The notes under the pieces: model-generated | What the model saw: only the letters and a program-made list of their open reading frames with translations | What the model was told of the DNA's origin: nothing | Databases searched by the model: none | Program-made: the position numbers and the translations under genes | Source: Bacillota bacterium | Lineage (GTDB): Bacteria > Bacillota > Dethiobacteria > DTU022 | Assembly: GCA_029552125.1 (NCBI GenBank) | Contig: JAKPEE010000106.1 | Coordinates: 15,699 to 79,698, forward strand | Direction: 5' to 3' | Length of the DNA: 64,000 nt | Shown here: positions 44,646 through 52,698 of the stretch, piece by piece | How positions within the stretch are numbered: the stretch's first letter is position 1 | Layout of the letters: each line of letters opens with the position of its first letter

Positions 44646-46007
44646 TCATTTTTGACCATATCGTGTCACGGTGAAACGATAAAGTTCTACCGGTTCACCC
44701 GGGGAGATGCCGCCTTTACGGCGGGCAATAGCCACCTGCTCTTCCACCGTGTCAATCCCTTCCAGGTCGGGCAGCAGCAGTCCGCTGCGATGCCCGCTTC
44801 TCACCAGAACCCCGTATTTTTGCGGATCGAGATCTTCCAGGCTGTTTACCCGCTCCATGGGGCTAAGCACATCCACGGAAAAGGTGATCCGATCCAGCTC
44901 CTCCAGGCTAACGGGGGGGAAGCGCGGATCGCGCACGCCGGCGCTGATCGCATTGGCGATAATCTCTTCGGCCAGGTTACGGCGTACAGGCTCCACGGTG
45001 CCGATGCAGCCGCGCAACTGCCCGCCCATCTTTAAGGTGACAAAAGCGCCCGCACGCACGCTTAAAGCAGGCGGCAGCGGCTCCGGGGCCTTTAAGATGC
45101 GGCCGTGCTCGAGATAATGGCGCAGGGCCTTGCGGGCCAGCTCCACGTGTGGACTTTGCTCCGGTTCACGGGCCCCGTTATGGCCCTTTTCCGGGGCCGC
45201 GGTATGGCGGCCCGGCCGCGGGAGCAGGGAAGCTACCAGGTAGCCTACGCCGAAGGGACCTTCGTAAGAGAAAACTTCTGTCTCAAAGGGCGTGCCATCC
45301 AACGTCCCCAGGGCGATGCTAAAGGAGCCCAAGGCGCATTGGCCGGCTTCTTCCACCCAGTCCGGGTCAAACCTAAGTATCTCTTCCACGGCCCCTTGCT
45401 GCAGCAGCTCCACCAGGCGGCGATCAAAGGCGGCGCCGCGGGAGCTGAACCCGGCGGGGGCGTCCCGGGTCAGACGGTGGGAAAGATCGCCGCTGGCGAT
45501 TACTGCGGTGGGAAAACCATGGCTTTCCACGGCCCGGCGCAGGGCCCGCCCAAATTCATAAAGTTCACGGTAAGGGAGGAAGCCGGGGGTAAGGTGAATG
45601 CCGGATAGCGGCACATCTTCCCGCTGCAGGTAGTACAGGGGTACGGCGGCGCCGTGATCGAGGGTGGCAAAACCGCGGATTATGCTTAACGGCAGGTCCG
45701 CCGCCCGCGCTTCTTTCTCCAGGCGCTCCAGTAAAGTTTGGTCTTGATCAAAAGTTACCGCAGCTTCGGGAGCGCCAAAATGGCCAAAATCCCCGGATAG
45801 CCTTGCGGCAGCAGGTGCGGCCACAGCGTGCCGCAGGGCGGGGCCATGGGGAGTGATCACAATTAAGCGCTTCGGCCGCGCCTCGCTGATGCGGCGGCTT
45901 AGATCACGCAAACCTTCCACCGTGGCGGCGGCCTCGGCCAATCGCCCGCCGCCCACTTCGGGGATAATAATGGGAGGGTGGGGCGTAATGCCGATGATTT
46001 TGATCAT
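44646..46007 (-). CDS. Fusion of a LigB/Memo-superfamily (class III extradiol dioxygenase-like) domain with an AMMECR1 domain.
   Basis: The N-terminal half has ITPHPPIIIPEVGG, VITPHGP and SGDLSHRL (LigB/Memo-like metal-site pattern). The C-terminal half has the AMMECR1 signature LRGCIGTVEP and DPRFPPV. Confidence 0.75.
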   Translation of the reverse strand: MIKIIGITPHPPIIIPEVGGGRLAEAAATVEGLRDLSRRISEARPKRLIVITPHGPALRHAVAAPAAARLSGDFGHFGAPEAAVTFDQDQTLLERLEKEARAADLPLSIIRGFATLDHGAAVPLYYLQREDVPLSGIHLTPGFLPYRELYEFGRALRRAVESHGFPTAVIASGDLSHRLTRDAPAGFSSRGAAFDRRLVELLQQGAVEEILRFDPDWVEEAGQCALGSFSIALGTLDGTPFETEVFSYEGPFGVGYLVASLLPRPGRHTAAPEKGHNGAREPEQSPHVELARKALRHYLEHGRILKAPEPLPPALSVRAGAFVTLKMGGQLRGCIGTVEPVRRNLAEEIIANAISAGVRDPRFPPVSLEELDRITFSVDVLSPMERVNSLEDLDPQKYGVLVRSGHRSGLLLPDLEGIDTVEEQVAIARRKGGISPGEPVELYRFTVTRYGQK

Positions 46008-46200
46008 GACAGACCACCTGCTTTTTTCTGTATTCTCTCCTTATTATACCAATATCCGGAAAAAAATAAAACTAGAACCGATGAAAAGAACGTCCTGCTA
46101 TGGTAAGCTTGTGGTAGAAAATATGGACCCGGCCCGGCAGGGTTGGGCTTTTTTTAAACGTCTTATATTATGGGCGCGCTGAAAGGAGGAAGCGGAGCGG

Positions 46201-46722
46201 TTGGTAGAACGGAACAGCAGAAGAGATGAAGACTTTGCCCGCATCGTGGAGCAGTACAAGGGCTACCTCATGGCCGTAATTCTTCCGGTAATCCGCGATC
46301 CGGAGCAGGCTCAGGACGTGCTCCAGGAAACTTTCTGCCAGGCTTATCGCTCCCTGCCTTCCTTTCAAGGAGGTAATATAAAGTTTTGGCTGTCGCACAT
46401 TGCTGTGCGCAAAGCCGTGGACTGGGCGCGGCGACAGGAGCGGCGGCGCCGGGAAGTGCTGCAGGCGGAGCCCGGCGAAGGGGCCCCTGCAACGGTCCGC
46501 TCTGCAGAAGAGGAATACCTGAAACTTGAAAACAGCTCCCGCCTGGCTGCCGCCCTTAAAAACCTGCCTCTGCCTTACCGCCTGACCCTGACCGGTTACT
46601 GCCTGGAAGGGAAAAGTTACAGGCAACTGGCTGAAGAAGCCGGCATAACCGTAAAAACCGTAGAATCCCGGCTTTACCGGGCCAGGCGAATCCTGAAGCA
46701 AGAGATGGAGGAGGGCCTGTAA
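46201..46722 (+). CDS. ECF-type RNA polymerase sigma-70 factor.
   Basis: Region 2 (YKGYLMAVILPVIRDPEQAQDVLQETF) and region 4 HTH (GKSYRQLAEEAGITVKTVESRLYRARRIL). TTG start after AAAGGAGGA. Confidence 0.85.
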   Translation: MVERNSRRDEDFARIVEQYKGYLMAVILPVIRDPEQAQDVLQETFCQAYRSLPSFQGGNIKFWLSHIAVRKAVDWARRQERRRREVLQAEPGEGAPATVRSAEEEYLKLENSSRLAAALKNLPLPYRLTLTGYCLEGKSYRQLAEEAGITVKTVESRLYRARRILKQEMEEGL

Positions 46723-47186
46723 TGATAATAAGGCATTACCATTCCGGCGAATGGCGCGACTACAGGCTGAATAAAGTGAGCGCAGCCAAAAGGCGCCGCA
46801 TGGAGCACCACCTGGCCCGCTGTGACACCTGCCTTCAAGTCTACACCGCCGCAGTGGGGACCGAAGAAGCGGCGGCGGCAGAAAAGTTGCTGCCGGCCGA
46901 TTTTACCGCCCGGGTTGTGCAGCTGGCCCACCGGGCCGAGGAGACACAGCCATCCAGGCTGCGGCGGCGCCTCCTGCTGCAATATGCGGCCGCAGCTTCC
47001 ATCACCCTGGCCCTTACTGTAGGCGGCTTTTTCGAGGCCGCTGCCCGGGAAATTCCTCAAATGATGAGGAGTCTTGACCGAATTTCCCGGGAAATTAACC
47101 GCGTTGCCGAGCTGAAGTGGTCCGACAAACTGGCGGAATCGGCATCTGAGCAAATTAATTATTTACTGTTTCGAAAGGGGGATTAA
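46722..47186 (+). CDS. Anti-sigma factor (zf-HC2 type) with one TM helix.
   Basis: H-x3-C-x2-C motif MEHHLARCDTCLQ. The start overlaps the sigma gene stop (TAATG). TM segment LLLQYAAAASITLALTVGGFF. Confidence 0.7.
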   Translation: MIIRHYHSGEWRDYRLNKVSAAKRRRMEHHLARCDTCLQVYTAAVGTEEAAAAEKLLPADFTARVVQLAHRAEETQPSRLRRRLLLQYAAAASITLALTVGGFFEAAAREIPQMMRSLDRISREINRVAELKWSDKLAESASEQINYLLFRKGD

Positions 47187-47190
47187 CCAA

Positions 47191-47700
47191 ATGCAAAAAA
47201 GTAAATTCGCCACAGTGATCCTTTCCATAGTGCCGGGAGTGGGGCACCTCTACCTGGGCTGGATGGAGAGGGGCCTCCAGTTCATGTGCGCCTTTGCCCT
47301 TTCCATTTTTCTCCTGGAATGGCTCAGCTTATCCCTGTTCGCCTACCTGCTGCCGGTAATCTGGTTTTACAGCCTCTTCGACGCCTTAAACCTGCCCCCC
47401 CGTGACGCCTCCTCCCGGGAGGTGCGCCCTCCATGGGCCTGGCTGGCAGAAAACCAGCGCTGGGTTGGCATCGGCCTCATCGTGGTGGGGGTGCTGACGC
47501 TAATCAACCGGCTGTTCTATCCTTTCCTGCATCTATATCTAAATTTTTACGACACCAGGATGATCAGCGCAGCCGTGGTCGGGATCCTGCTTATTGCCGG
47601 GGGAATCCGGCTGGCCATGGGCAGGCAGGTACCGGCTCGGGACACCAGTGTTAAGGATGATGAGACCAGGCTTTCAGCCCCGGAAAAGGAGGCGGAATAA
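47191..47700 (+). CDS. Integral membrane protein of unknown function.
   Basis: Four predicted TM helices with an N-terminal SIVPGVGHLYLG motif. It is co-oriented and tightly packed with the sigma/anti-sigma genes. Confidence 0.6.
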   Translation: MQKSKFATVILSIVPGVGHLYLGWMERGLQFMCAFALSIFLLEWLSLSLFAYLLPVIWFYSLFDALNLPPRDASSREVRPPWAWLAENQRWVGIGLIVVGVLTLINRLFYPFLHLYLNFYDTRMISAAVVGILLIAGGIRLAMGRQVPARDTSVKDDETRLSAPEKEAE

Positions 47701-48612
47701 ATGCGCCAGTGGCGGGTCGGCTCATTTTCCATGGGACTGGTGCTGGTGCTGCTGGGGATAGGGCTGCTGCTATACCAGTTTAAAGGATCCCCTGCAGCCC
47801 TGGATTTAATAATTAACTGGTGGCCCCTTGCCCTAATTTTCCTGGGGATAGAAGTGCTTGTTGCCGGTTTTTTTCAGCGCGGCGACAAAATTTCCATTAA
47901 ATACGATTTCTGGTCCGTGCTGCTGGTAATCGTCTTTTTTTTCTCCAGCCTGGCCGGTTACGCCCTCCATGAAAGCGGAATGATCACGCTGGTACGGGAA
48001 GCGGTGCAGGTTAAAGAGCATGCGGTGACCCTGCCGGAAGAAGTGATTCCGCTGACAGGGATTGAGCGGGTGGTGCTCTCGTGTGCAGGCGGCGAACTGG
48101 AGCTGCGCAGCAGCGACGGTGACGCAGCGCGCATCTTCGGCCAGGGTACTTTTATCGCCGCCTCCGCGGGGGAGGCCGCAGCGCTGGCCAAGGTAATCGA
48201 TGCTGATTATTATGTGGAGGGCAGCACCCTTTACCTGCAAATAAACCAGCCGCCCCTGCGGAGCACTCCCTTCGGCTGGCACAGGACCGGGGAAGTAAGC
48301 CGGACTGTGCTGATTCCGGCCGGAGTGGCCCTGGAATTAAGGAACAACAGCGGCTACCAGACCAGAGTGATTTTAAATGACCTGGCCGCACCCTGGTCCA
48401 TTCATGCAGATGGGACACTCCAGGCTGAACTATCTTCCTCCCTGGATGCGACGGTTTACGGATTAAGCAGCCATGCCGGCAGTTTTAGGGGCAACGCCGA
48501 CTGGAACGTGGGAGAAACAGGCTCCCAGGCGGTGGCCACCTTTACCCTGGGCGAGGGGACCTGGCCCCTTAATCTTACGGCAGAGTGGGAAATCGAGGTA
48601 AATGTACATTGA
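47701..48612 (+). CDS. LiaF-like membrane protein with a DUF4097-type beta-strand-repeat C-terminal domain.
   Basis: Two or three N-terminal TM helices followed by a beta-rich repeat region. The start abuts the previous stop (TAAATG). Confidence 0.55.
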   Translation: MRQWRVGSFSMGLVLVLLGIGLLLYQFKGSPAALDLIINWWPLALIFLGIEVLVAGFFQRGDKISIKYDFWSVLLVIVFFFSSLAGYALHESGMITLVREAVQVKEHAVTLPEEVIPLTGIERVVLSCAGGELELRSSDGDAARIFGQGTFIAASAGEAAALAKVIDADYYVEGSTLYLQINQPPLRSTPFGWHRTGEVSRTVLIPAGVALELRNNSGYQTRVILNDLAAPWSIHADGTLQAELSSSLDATVYGLSSHAGSFRGNADWNVGETGSQAVATFTLGEGTWPLNLTAEWEIEVNVH

Positions 48613-48825
48613 ACAACCCCTTGTAACAAAACGGCTAAGGGCTGCCCCCCGGAGGGCGGCCCTTTGTGCTTAAGCCTGGTTTGAAGCCTTCCATAGGTAG
48701 AAGGCCGCTTCTTTTGCCGCGACCCTGCTTTTTCAACAGCTTTTCTAAAGGATATCGCTCCTCTTTGTGGAAATGACTATAGGTAAAGTATGAAACTAAC
48801 GTACCCGGCAAAGGAGCAGACGTCT

Positions 48826-49338
48826 ATGGGTAGCGAATACAGAGACATGGAGAAGTTTACCGCGGCCATACAGGCCATTTTTCCCAAGTTGATGCATTAT
48901 CTAAGCGCAGAAGAAAACCGGGAGTTGACGGGCCTGGGCATAACCCCCAGCCAGATTAATGCCCTGCTGGTTCTCTATTTTAATGAAAACCTGACTATGG
49001 GGGAACTGAGCGCGGAGATATACCTGGCTGAAAGCGCAGCCACACGGCTGGTTAACCGCCTGGTGAATTTGAATCTGGTGCGGCGGCGGGGCGATGAAAA
49101 AGATCGCCGGGTAGTCAGGGTCAACCTGACTTCATACGGGCGTCAACTGGCCCGGCTTGTCTTTGAAAGGCGCCATTTTCGCTTCAATAACCTGGCCCGC
49201 GCCCTTACCGCCGACGAACGGGAGAATCTGATCGTTTCCCTGCAGGCAGTGATGCGCGCTTTCGCCGAGCTGGAAAAGCTGTATCCATATGAACAGAAAA
49301 ACAACAATGGGGCCGGCCTGGAAGCAGAACAAAAATAA
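48826..49338 (+). CDS. MarR family transcriptional regulator.
   Basis: Winged HTH (LTMGELSAEIYLAESAATRLVNRLVNLNLVRRRGDEKDRRVVRVNLTSYG). ATG at 48826 after AAAGGAG. Confidence 0.8.
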   Translation: MGSEYRDMEKFTAAIQAIFPKLMHYLSAEENRELTGLGITPSQINALLVLYFNENLTMGELSAEIYLAESAATRLVNRLVNLNLVRRRGDEKDRRVVRVNLTSYGRQLARLVFERRHFRFNNLARALTADERENLIVSLQAVMRAFAELEKLYPYEQKNNNGAGLEAEQK

Positions 49339-49359
49339 ATCCGGATCAGAACAACAAAC

Positions 49360-49947
49360 GTGAAAAGAGGTAAGCAATTGCAGCCGGAAGAGACAGTACC
49401 GGTACAGCGGGTTTCCCTGCTAACCATTTTCCTGGTTTTTTTTAAGGTAGGCGCTTTTACGATCGGGGGCGGCTACGCCATGCTGCCGGTAATTCAAAGA
49501 GAAGTGGTTCACCGGCACAAATGGCTGAAACAGTCAGTTTTTTTTGATTCCCTCATTGTTACCCAGAGCATACCCGGACCGCTGGCGTTGAACAATGCCA
49601 TCATCATCGGGCAGCGCCTGCGGGGTTTTAGCGGGGGGATCATAGCGGCACTGGGCGTAATCACCCCTTCCGTCCTGGTCATCCTGGCCGTGGTTTCCTT
49701 TTTTTTCCCGTATTTCCGCCATAACACCTACGTTCAGGCCGTCTTTTACGGGCTGCGCCCGGCAGTGGTAGCCCTGATTACCGCTGCTGCCTTGAACCTG
49801 GCCCGGGAGCTGCTGCGCAGCTGGGCCAGCGCCATCCTGGCGGCAGTCCTGCTGGCGGTAAACCTTCTGTTCGAGATCCACCCCATTGTGATTATGCTAA
49901 TCGGAGGTTTAGCCGGCCTGGTCATTTTCTGGAAAAGGGAGGGGTAA
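49360..49947 (+). CDS. Chromate transporter (CHR) family protein, half-size, first of a pair.
   Basis: FLVFFKVGAFTIGGGYAMLPVIQREVV and a polytopic profile. The start is either the GTG at 49360 or the TTG at 49378. Confidence 0.8.
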   Translation: MKRGKQLQPEETVPVQRVSLLTIFLVFFKVGAFTIGGGYAMLPVIQREVVHRHKWLKQSVFFDSLIVTQSIPGPLALNNAIIIGQRLRGFSGGIIAALGVITPSVLVILAVVSFFFPYFRHNTYVQAVFYGLRPAVVALITAAALNLARELLRSWASAILAAVLLAVNLLFEIHPIVIMLIGGLAGLVIFWKREG

Positions 49948-49950
49948 AGG

Positions 49951-50475
49951 ATGCTGCTGCTTTCTCTCTACTGGGCGTTCATTAAAATCGGCCTTTTTAC
50001 CTTCGGCGGCGGCTACGCCATGATTCCGCTGATGGAGGCGGAGATGATTAACCGCTACGGCTGGCTCACCGCGGCGGAATTCCTCGATATTGTGGCCGTG
50101 GCCGAAATGACCCCCGGACCGGTGGCCGTAAATGCAGCCACCTTTATCGGCTACCGCCTGGCCGGAGTGCCGGGATCGCTGCTGGCTACTCTGGGCGTGA
50201 TTACTCCCTCCCTGGTGATCCTCCTCCTGCTGGGCCGCTTTTTAATGGCCTTTATCCAGGATCAGCGGTCTGAACGCTTTTTCAAAGGCCTGCGGCCCGC
50301 CATGATCGCCCTGATCCTGACAGCCGCTTTTACCCTGGGGCAGGCGGCCCTGATTAACTTAACCACTATCCTTATTTTCGCCGGCCTGCTGATATTAAGC
50401 CTGCTGCGCAAAGTGAATCCGCTCTATCTGATCTGCCTGGGAGCGCTGCTGGGTTTAATCCTCTATCCTTACTGA
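49951..50475 (+). CDS. Chromate transporter (CHR) family protein, half-size, second of a pair.
   Basis: FIKIGLFTFGGGYAMIPLMEAEMINRYGWL. It forms an adjacent pair with the previous gene, like short-chain ChrA pairs in Bacillus. Confidence 0.8.
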   Translation: MLLLSLYWAFIKIGLFTFGGGYAMIPLMEAEMINRYGWLTAAEFLDIVAVAEMTPGPVAVNAATFIGYRLAGVPGSLLATLGVITPSLVILLLLGRFLMAFIQDQRSERFFKGLRPAMIALILTAAFTLGQAALINLTTILIFAGLLILSLLRKVNPLYLICLGALLGLILYPY

Positions 50476-50554
50476 TTCAATAAAAGAAAGTTGCTTGACT
50501 CCTTTGCCACGCCCTTCATCTAACGCTTCAACACTCTGAACAGGGGACAATAAA

Positions 50555-50899
50555 TTAAACAGGCCTATCCTGATCCGCCCGGGCGAGAATGCCCAGCACT
50601 TCATTCACGTAGGCGTCTGCAGCCCCCCAGTCAAAGTCGAAAAGTAGCCTCTTGCTACTGCCGGTGGAGATAACCCTGGCCCGGGTTTGCCCGGAGAAGT
50701 TTTCCGCAATCACAATCAGGGCAATGCGGTTGCCGACCCGGGAAAAATATTGCTCGTAGACCAGCACTCCGCTTTGGTTCTGGCCCAGATCATGGAATTC
50801 TTCATGGACCTTTTCTGATCGCCCCACATAACGATCCACAGCGGCCAGAGCTTCGCGAGGCGAAAGGTGCTGCATGGTAATCGATTTTACTACACTCAT
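50555..50899 (-). CDS. Small conserved hypothetical protein (114 aa).
   Basis: Clean ORF with coding-like composition. I am not confident about the family (it resembles small DUF proteins with a ...FDFDWGAAD... motif). Confidence 0.5.
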   Translation of the reverse strand: MSVVKSITMQHLSPREALAAVDRYVGRSEKVHEEFHDLGQNQSGVLVYEQYFSRVGNRIALIVIAENFSGQTRARVISTGSSKRLLFDFDWGAADAYVNEVLGILARADQDRPV

Positions 50900-51235
50900 G
50901 AAAACGCCCCCCTTTAAAGATTCTTCCGTGCTCAGAGATGCTACCCTTCATTTCTCCTGATACCGCCTCGCCGGGGCCGCAGAATGGCGGATAAACTGAC
51001 ATAAGGATGAGCGTACTCCTTTGCAGTACCATCTGCCTCTTTCAACAAAATGGTTTTGATGGCCATGGCCTGGCCGTTAAAGGGCAGCTAATCATGTGCA
51101 TATTTACATTATTTTACACTGCGGTAGATCTTTTTGCAAGGCAAACCTTCAACCCCAGGCAACAGGAGGCAAAATCAATAATATTGCGGAGCCGGGTCAA
51201 AATGATATAATATTGACAGGTATAATTAAATATTG

Positions 51236-51377
51236 CTCCGAACCTTTGCACCTACAGCCTCCTTATGGCTACGGTGGAAGGTCTGGGTTGGGGGAGAAAT
51301 CCCTCCGCCTCCCGTATCTGGAAAGGAGAAACCTGGCCAAGCCGTACTTTCCATATCAGGAGATACGGTTTTTTATT
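51236..51377 (+). promoter_or_regulatory. Candidate molybdenum-cofactor (Moco RNA motif) riboswitch with a terminator expression platform.
   Basis: This is the 5' leader of moeA. It contains CCCUCCGCCUCCCGUAUCUGGAAAGGAG, which I recall as resembling the Moco motif core. A hairpin (GCCGTAC...GATACGG) plus TTTTTTATTT follows at 51341-51377. The 3' arm AGATACGG can alternatively pair with CCGTATCT at 51312-51319. Confidence 0.45.
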
Positions 51378-51392
51378 TGAGGTGATCAGAAG

Positions 51393-52628
51393 ATGAAGCT
51401 GATGCGGGTCACAGAGCCCGAGAGAGTGCTGTCATTAATTGAGGAGCGCTTCCACCCCCTGGAGGCGGAACCAGTGCCACTGGAGGAGGCCGGGGGGCGC
51501 ATCCTGGCTGAAACGGTAACCCCAGGGGAAGATGTACCCGGATTCAACCGCTCCACGGTGGACGGCTATGCCGTATCCGCCCGGGAGACTTTCGGCGCCG
51601 GGGAAGGGTTGCCGGCGGTGCTGGAATGCGCCGGCGAGGTACTGATGGGGCACCCCGCTCCCGCTGCCCTGCAGCCGGGCCAGTGCTTCCTGGTGCATAC
51701 CGGGGCCGTGCTGCCGGAGGGTGCCGATGCCGTAGTCATGATGGAAGATACCGAGGTCTCAGGCTCCATGGTCAACTGCTACCGCCAGGTCGCGCCCGGT
51801 GAAAATGTAATCCACCGCGGGGAGGATCTGCGCCGGGATGAGCCGGCGCTGGAGGAAGGCCGCCTGCTGCGCGCCCCAGAGCTGGGGCTCCTCGCTTCCC
51901 TGGGCATCGCTACTGTGCCGGTATACCGGCAGCCGGTGGTGGGACTGCTTTCTACCGGAGACGAACTGGTGGATTATAAGACCGCCCCCGGAAAGCTGCC
52001 GCCGGGGCGCATCCGCGACAGCAACTCCGTGGCGCTGGCATACCTGTGCCGCCAGTCCGGCGCCCGGGCCGTGCGCGGCGGCATCCTCGGCGACTCTTTT
52101 GCTGAATTTATAGAAAAAAGCCGCGCCCTGATGGAACAGGTAGATTTCCTGGTATTCTCCGGGGGCAGCTCTGTGGGCAGCCGCGATTTTACTGCCCGGA
52201 CCATGCAGGAATTGGGGGAACCGGGGCTGCTGGTGGAAGGAGTCTCCATCCAGCCGGGGAAACCGACCCTGCTGGCCGACTGCAACGGCAAACCGGTGCT
52301 GGGGCTTCCGGGGCACCCGGTATCAGCCCTGATCATCTTCTCCCTCTTCGGCAGCGCCATTATCGGCCGCCTGGCAGGGCGGAAAGCGCCCCCCTTTAAA
52401 CCGGCGGTACGGGCCACGCTAACCCGCAATATTCCCTCCCGCTCCGGGCGGACAGACTACGTGCGGGTGCAGCTTAAACTGGAAGGCGGCGGCTTTTCAG
52501 CTTCGCCCGTATTCGGCCGTTCGGGAATGCTGCGCACCCTGGCCGAAGCCAACGGCATTATTGTTGTTCCTGCCGCCAAAGAGGGGCTGGCCGCCGGGGA
52601 AGCGGTGGAAGTGTATCTGTGGGAGTAG
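51393..52628 (+). CDS. moeA: Molybdopterin molybdenumtransferase MoeA.
   Basis: MoeA N-domain pattern (PGFNRSTVDGYAV), MoCF_biosynth domain (VGLLSTGDEL...SGGSSVGSRD) and a C-terminal beta domain; 411 aa. Confidence 0.9.
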   Translation: MKLMRVTEPERVLSLIEERFHPLEAEPVPLEEAGGRILAETVTPGEDVPGFNRSTVDGYAVSARETFGAGEGLPAVLECAGEVLMGHPAPAALQPGQCFLVHTGAVLPEGADAVVMMEDTEVSGSMVNCYRQVAPGENVIHRGEDLRRDEPALEEGRLLRAPELGLLASLGIATVPVYRQPVVGLLSTGDELVDYKTAPGKLPPGRIRDSNSVALAYLCRQSGARAVRGGILGDSFAEFIEKSRALMEQVDFLVFSGGSSVGSRDFTARTMQELGEPGLLVEGVSIQPGKPTLLADCNGKPVLGLPGHPVSALIIFSLFGSAIIGRLAGRKAPPFKPAVRATLTRNIPSRSGRTDYVRVQLKLEGGGFSASPVFGRSGMLRTLAEANGIIVVPAAKEGLAAGEAVEVYLWE

Positions 52629-52698
52629 TTGTGAATCTAGGAGACAGGAGATATCCTGTATCCAGTATCCTGTCTTTAATAAACATAGGAGGGCTGAT

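Noticed and set aside
46168-46701. 177-aa minus-strand ORF antisense to the ECF sigma factor gene; the same applies to 46674..47153, which is antisense to the anti-sigma gene.
   Set aside because: The sigma and anti-sigma frames carry convincing region 2/4 and zf-HC2 motifs. The antisense translations are Gly/Pro/Arg-rich with no features.
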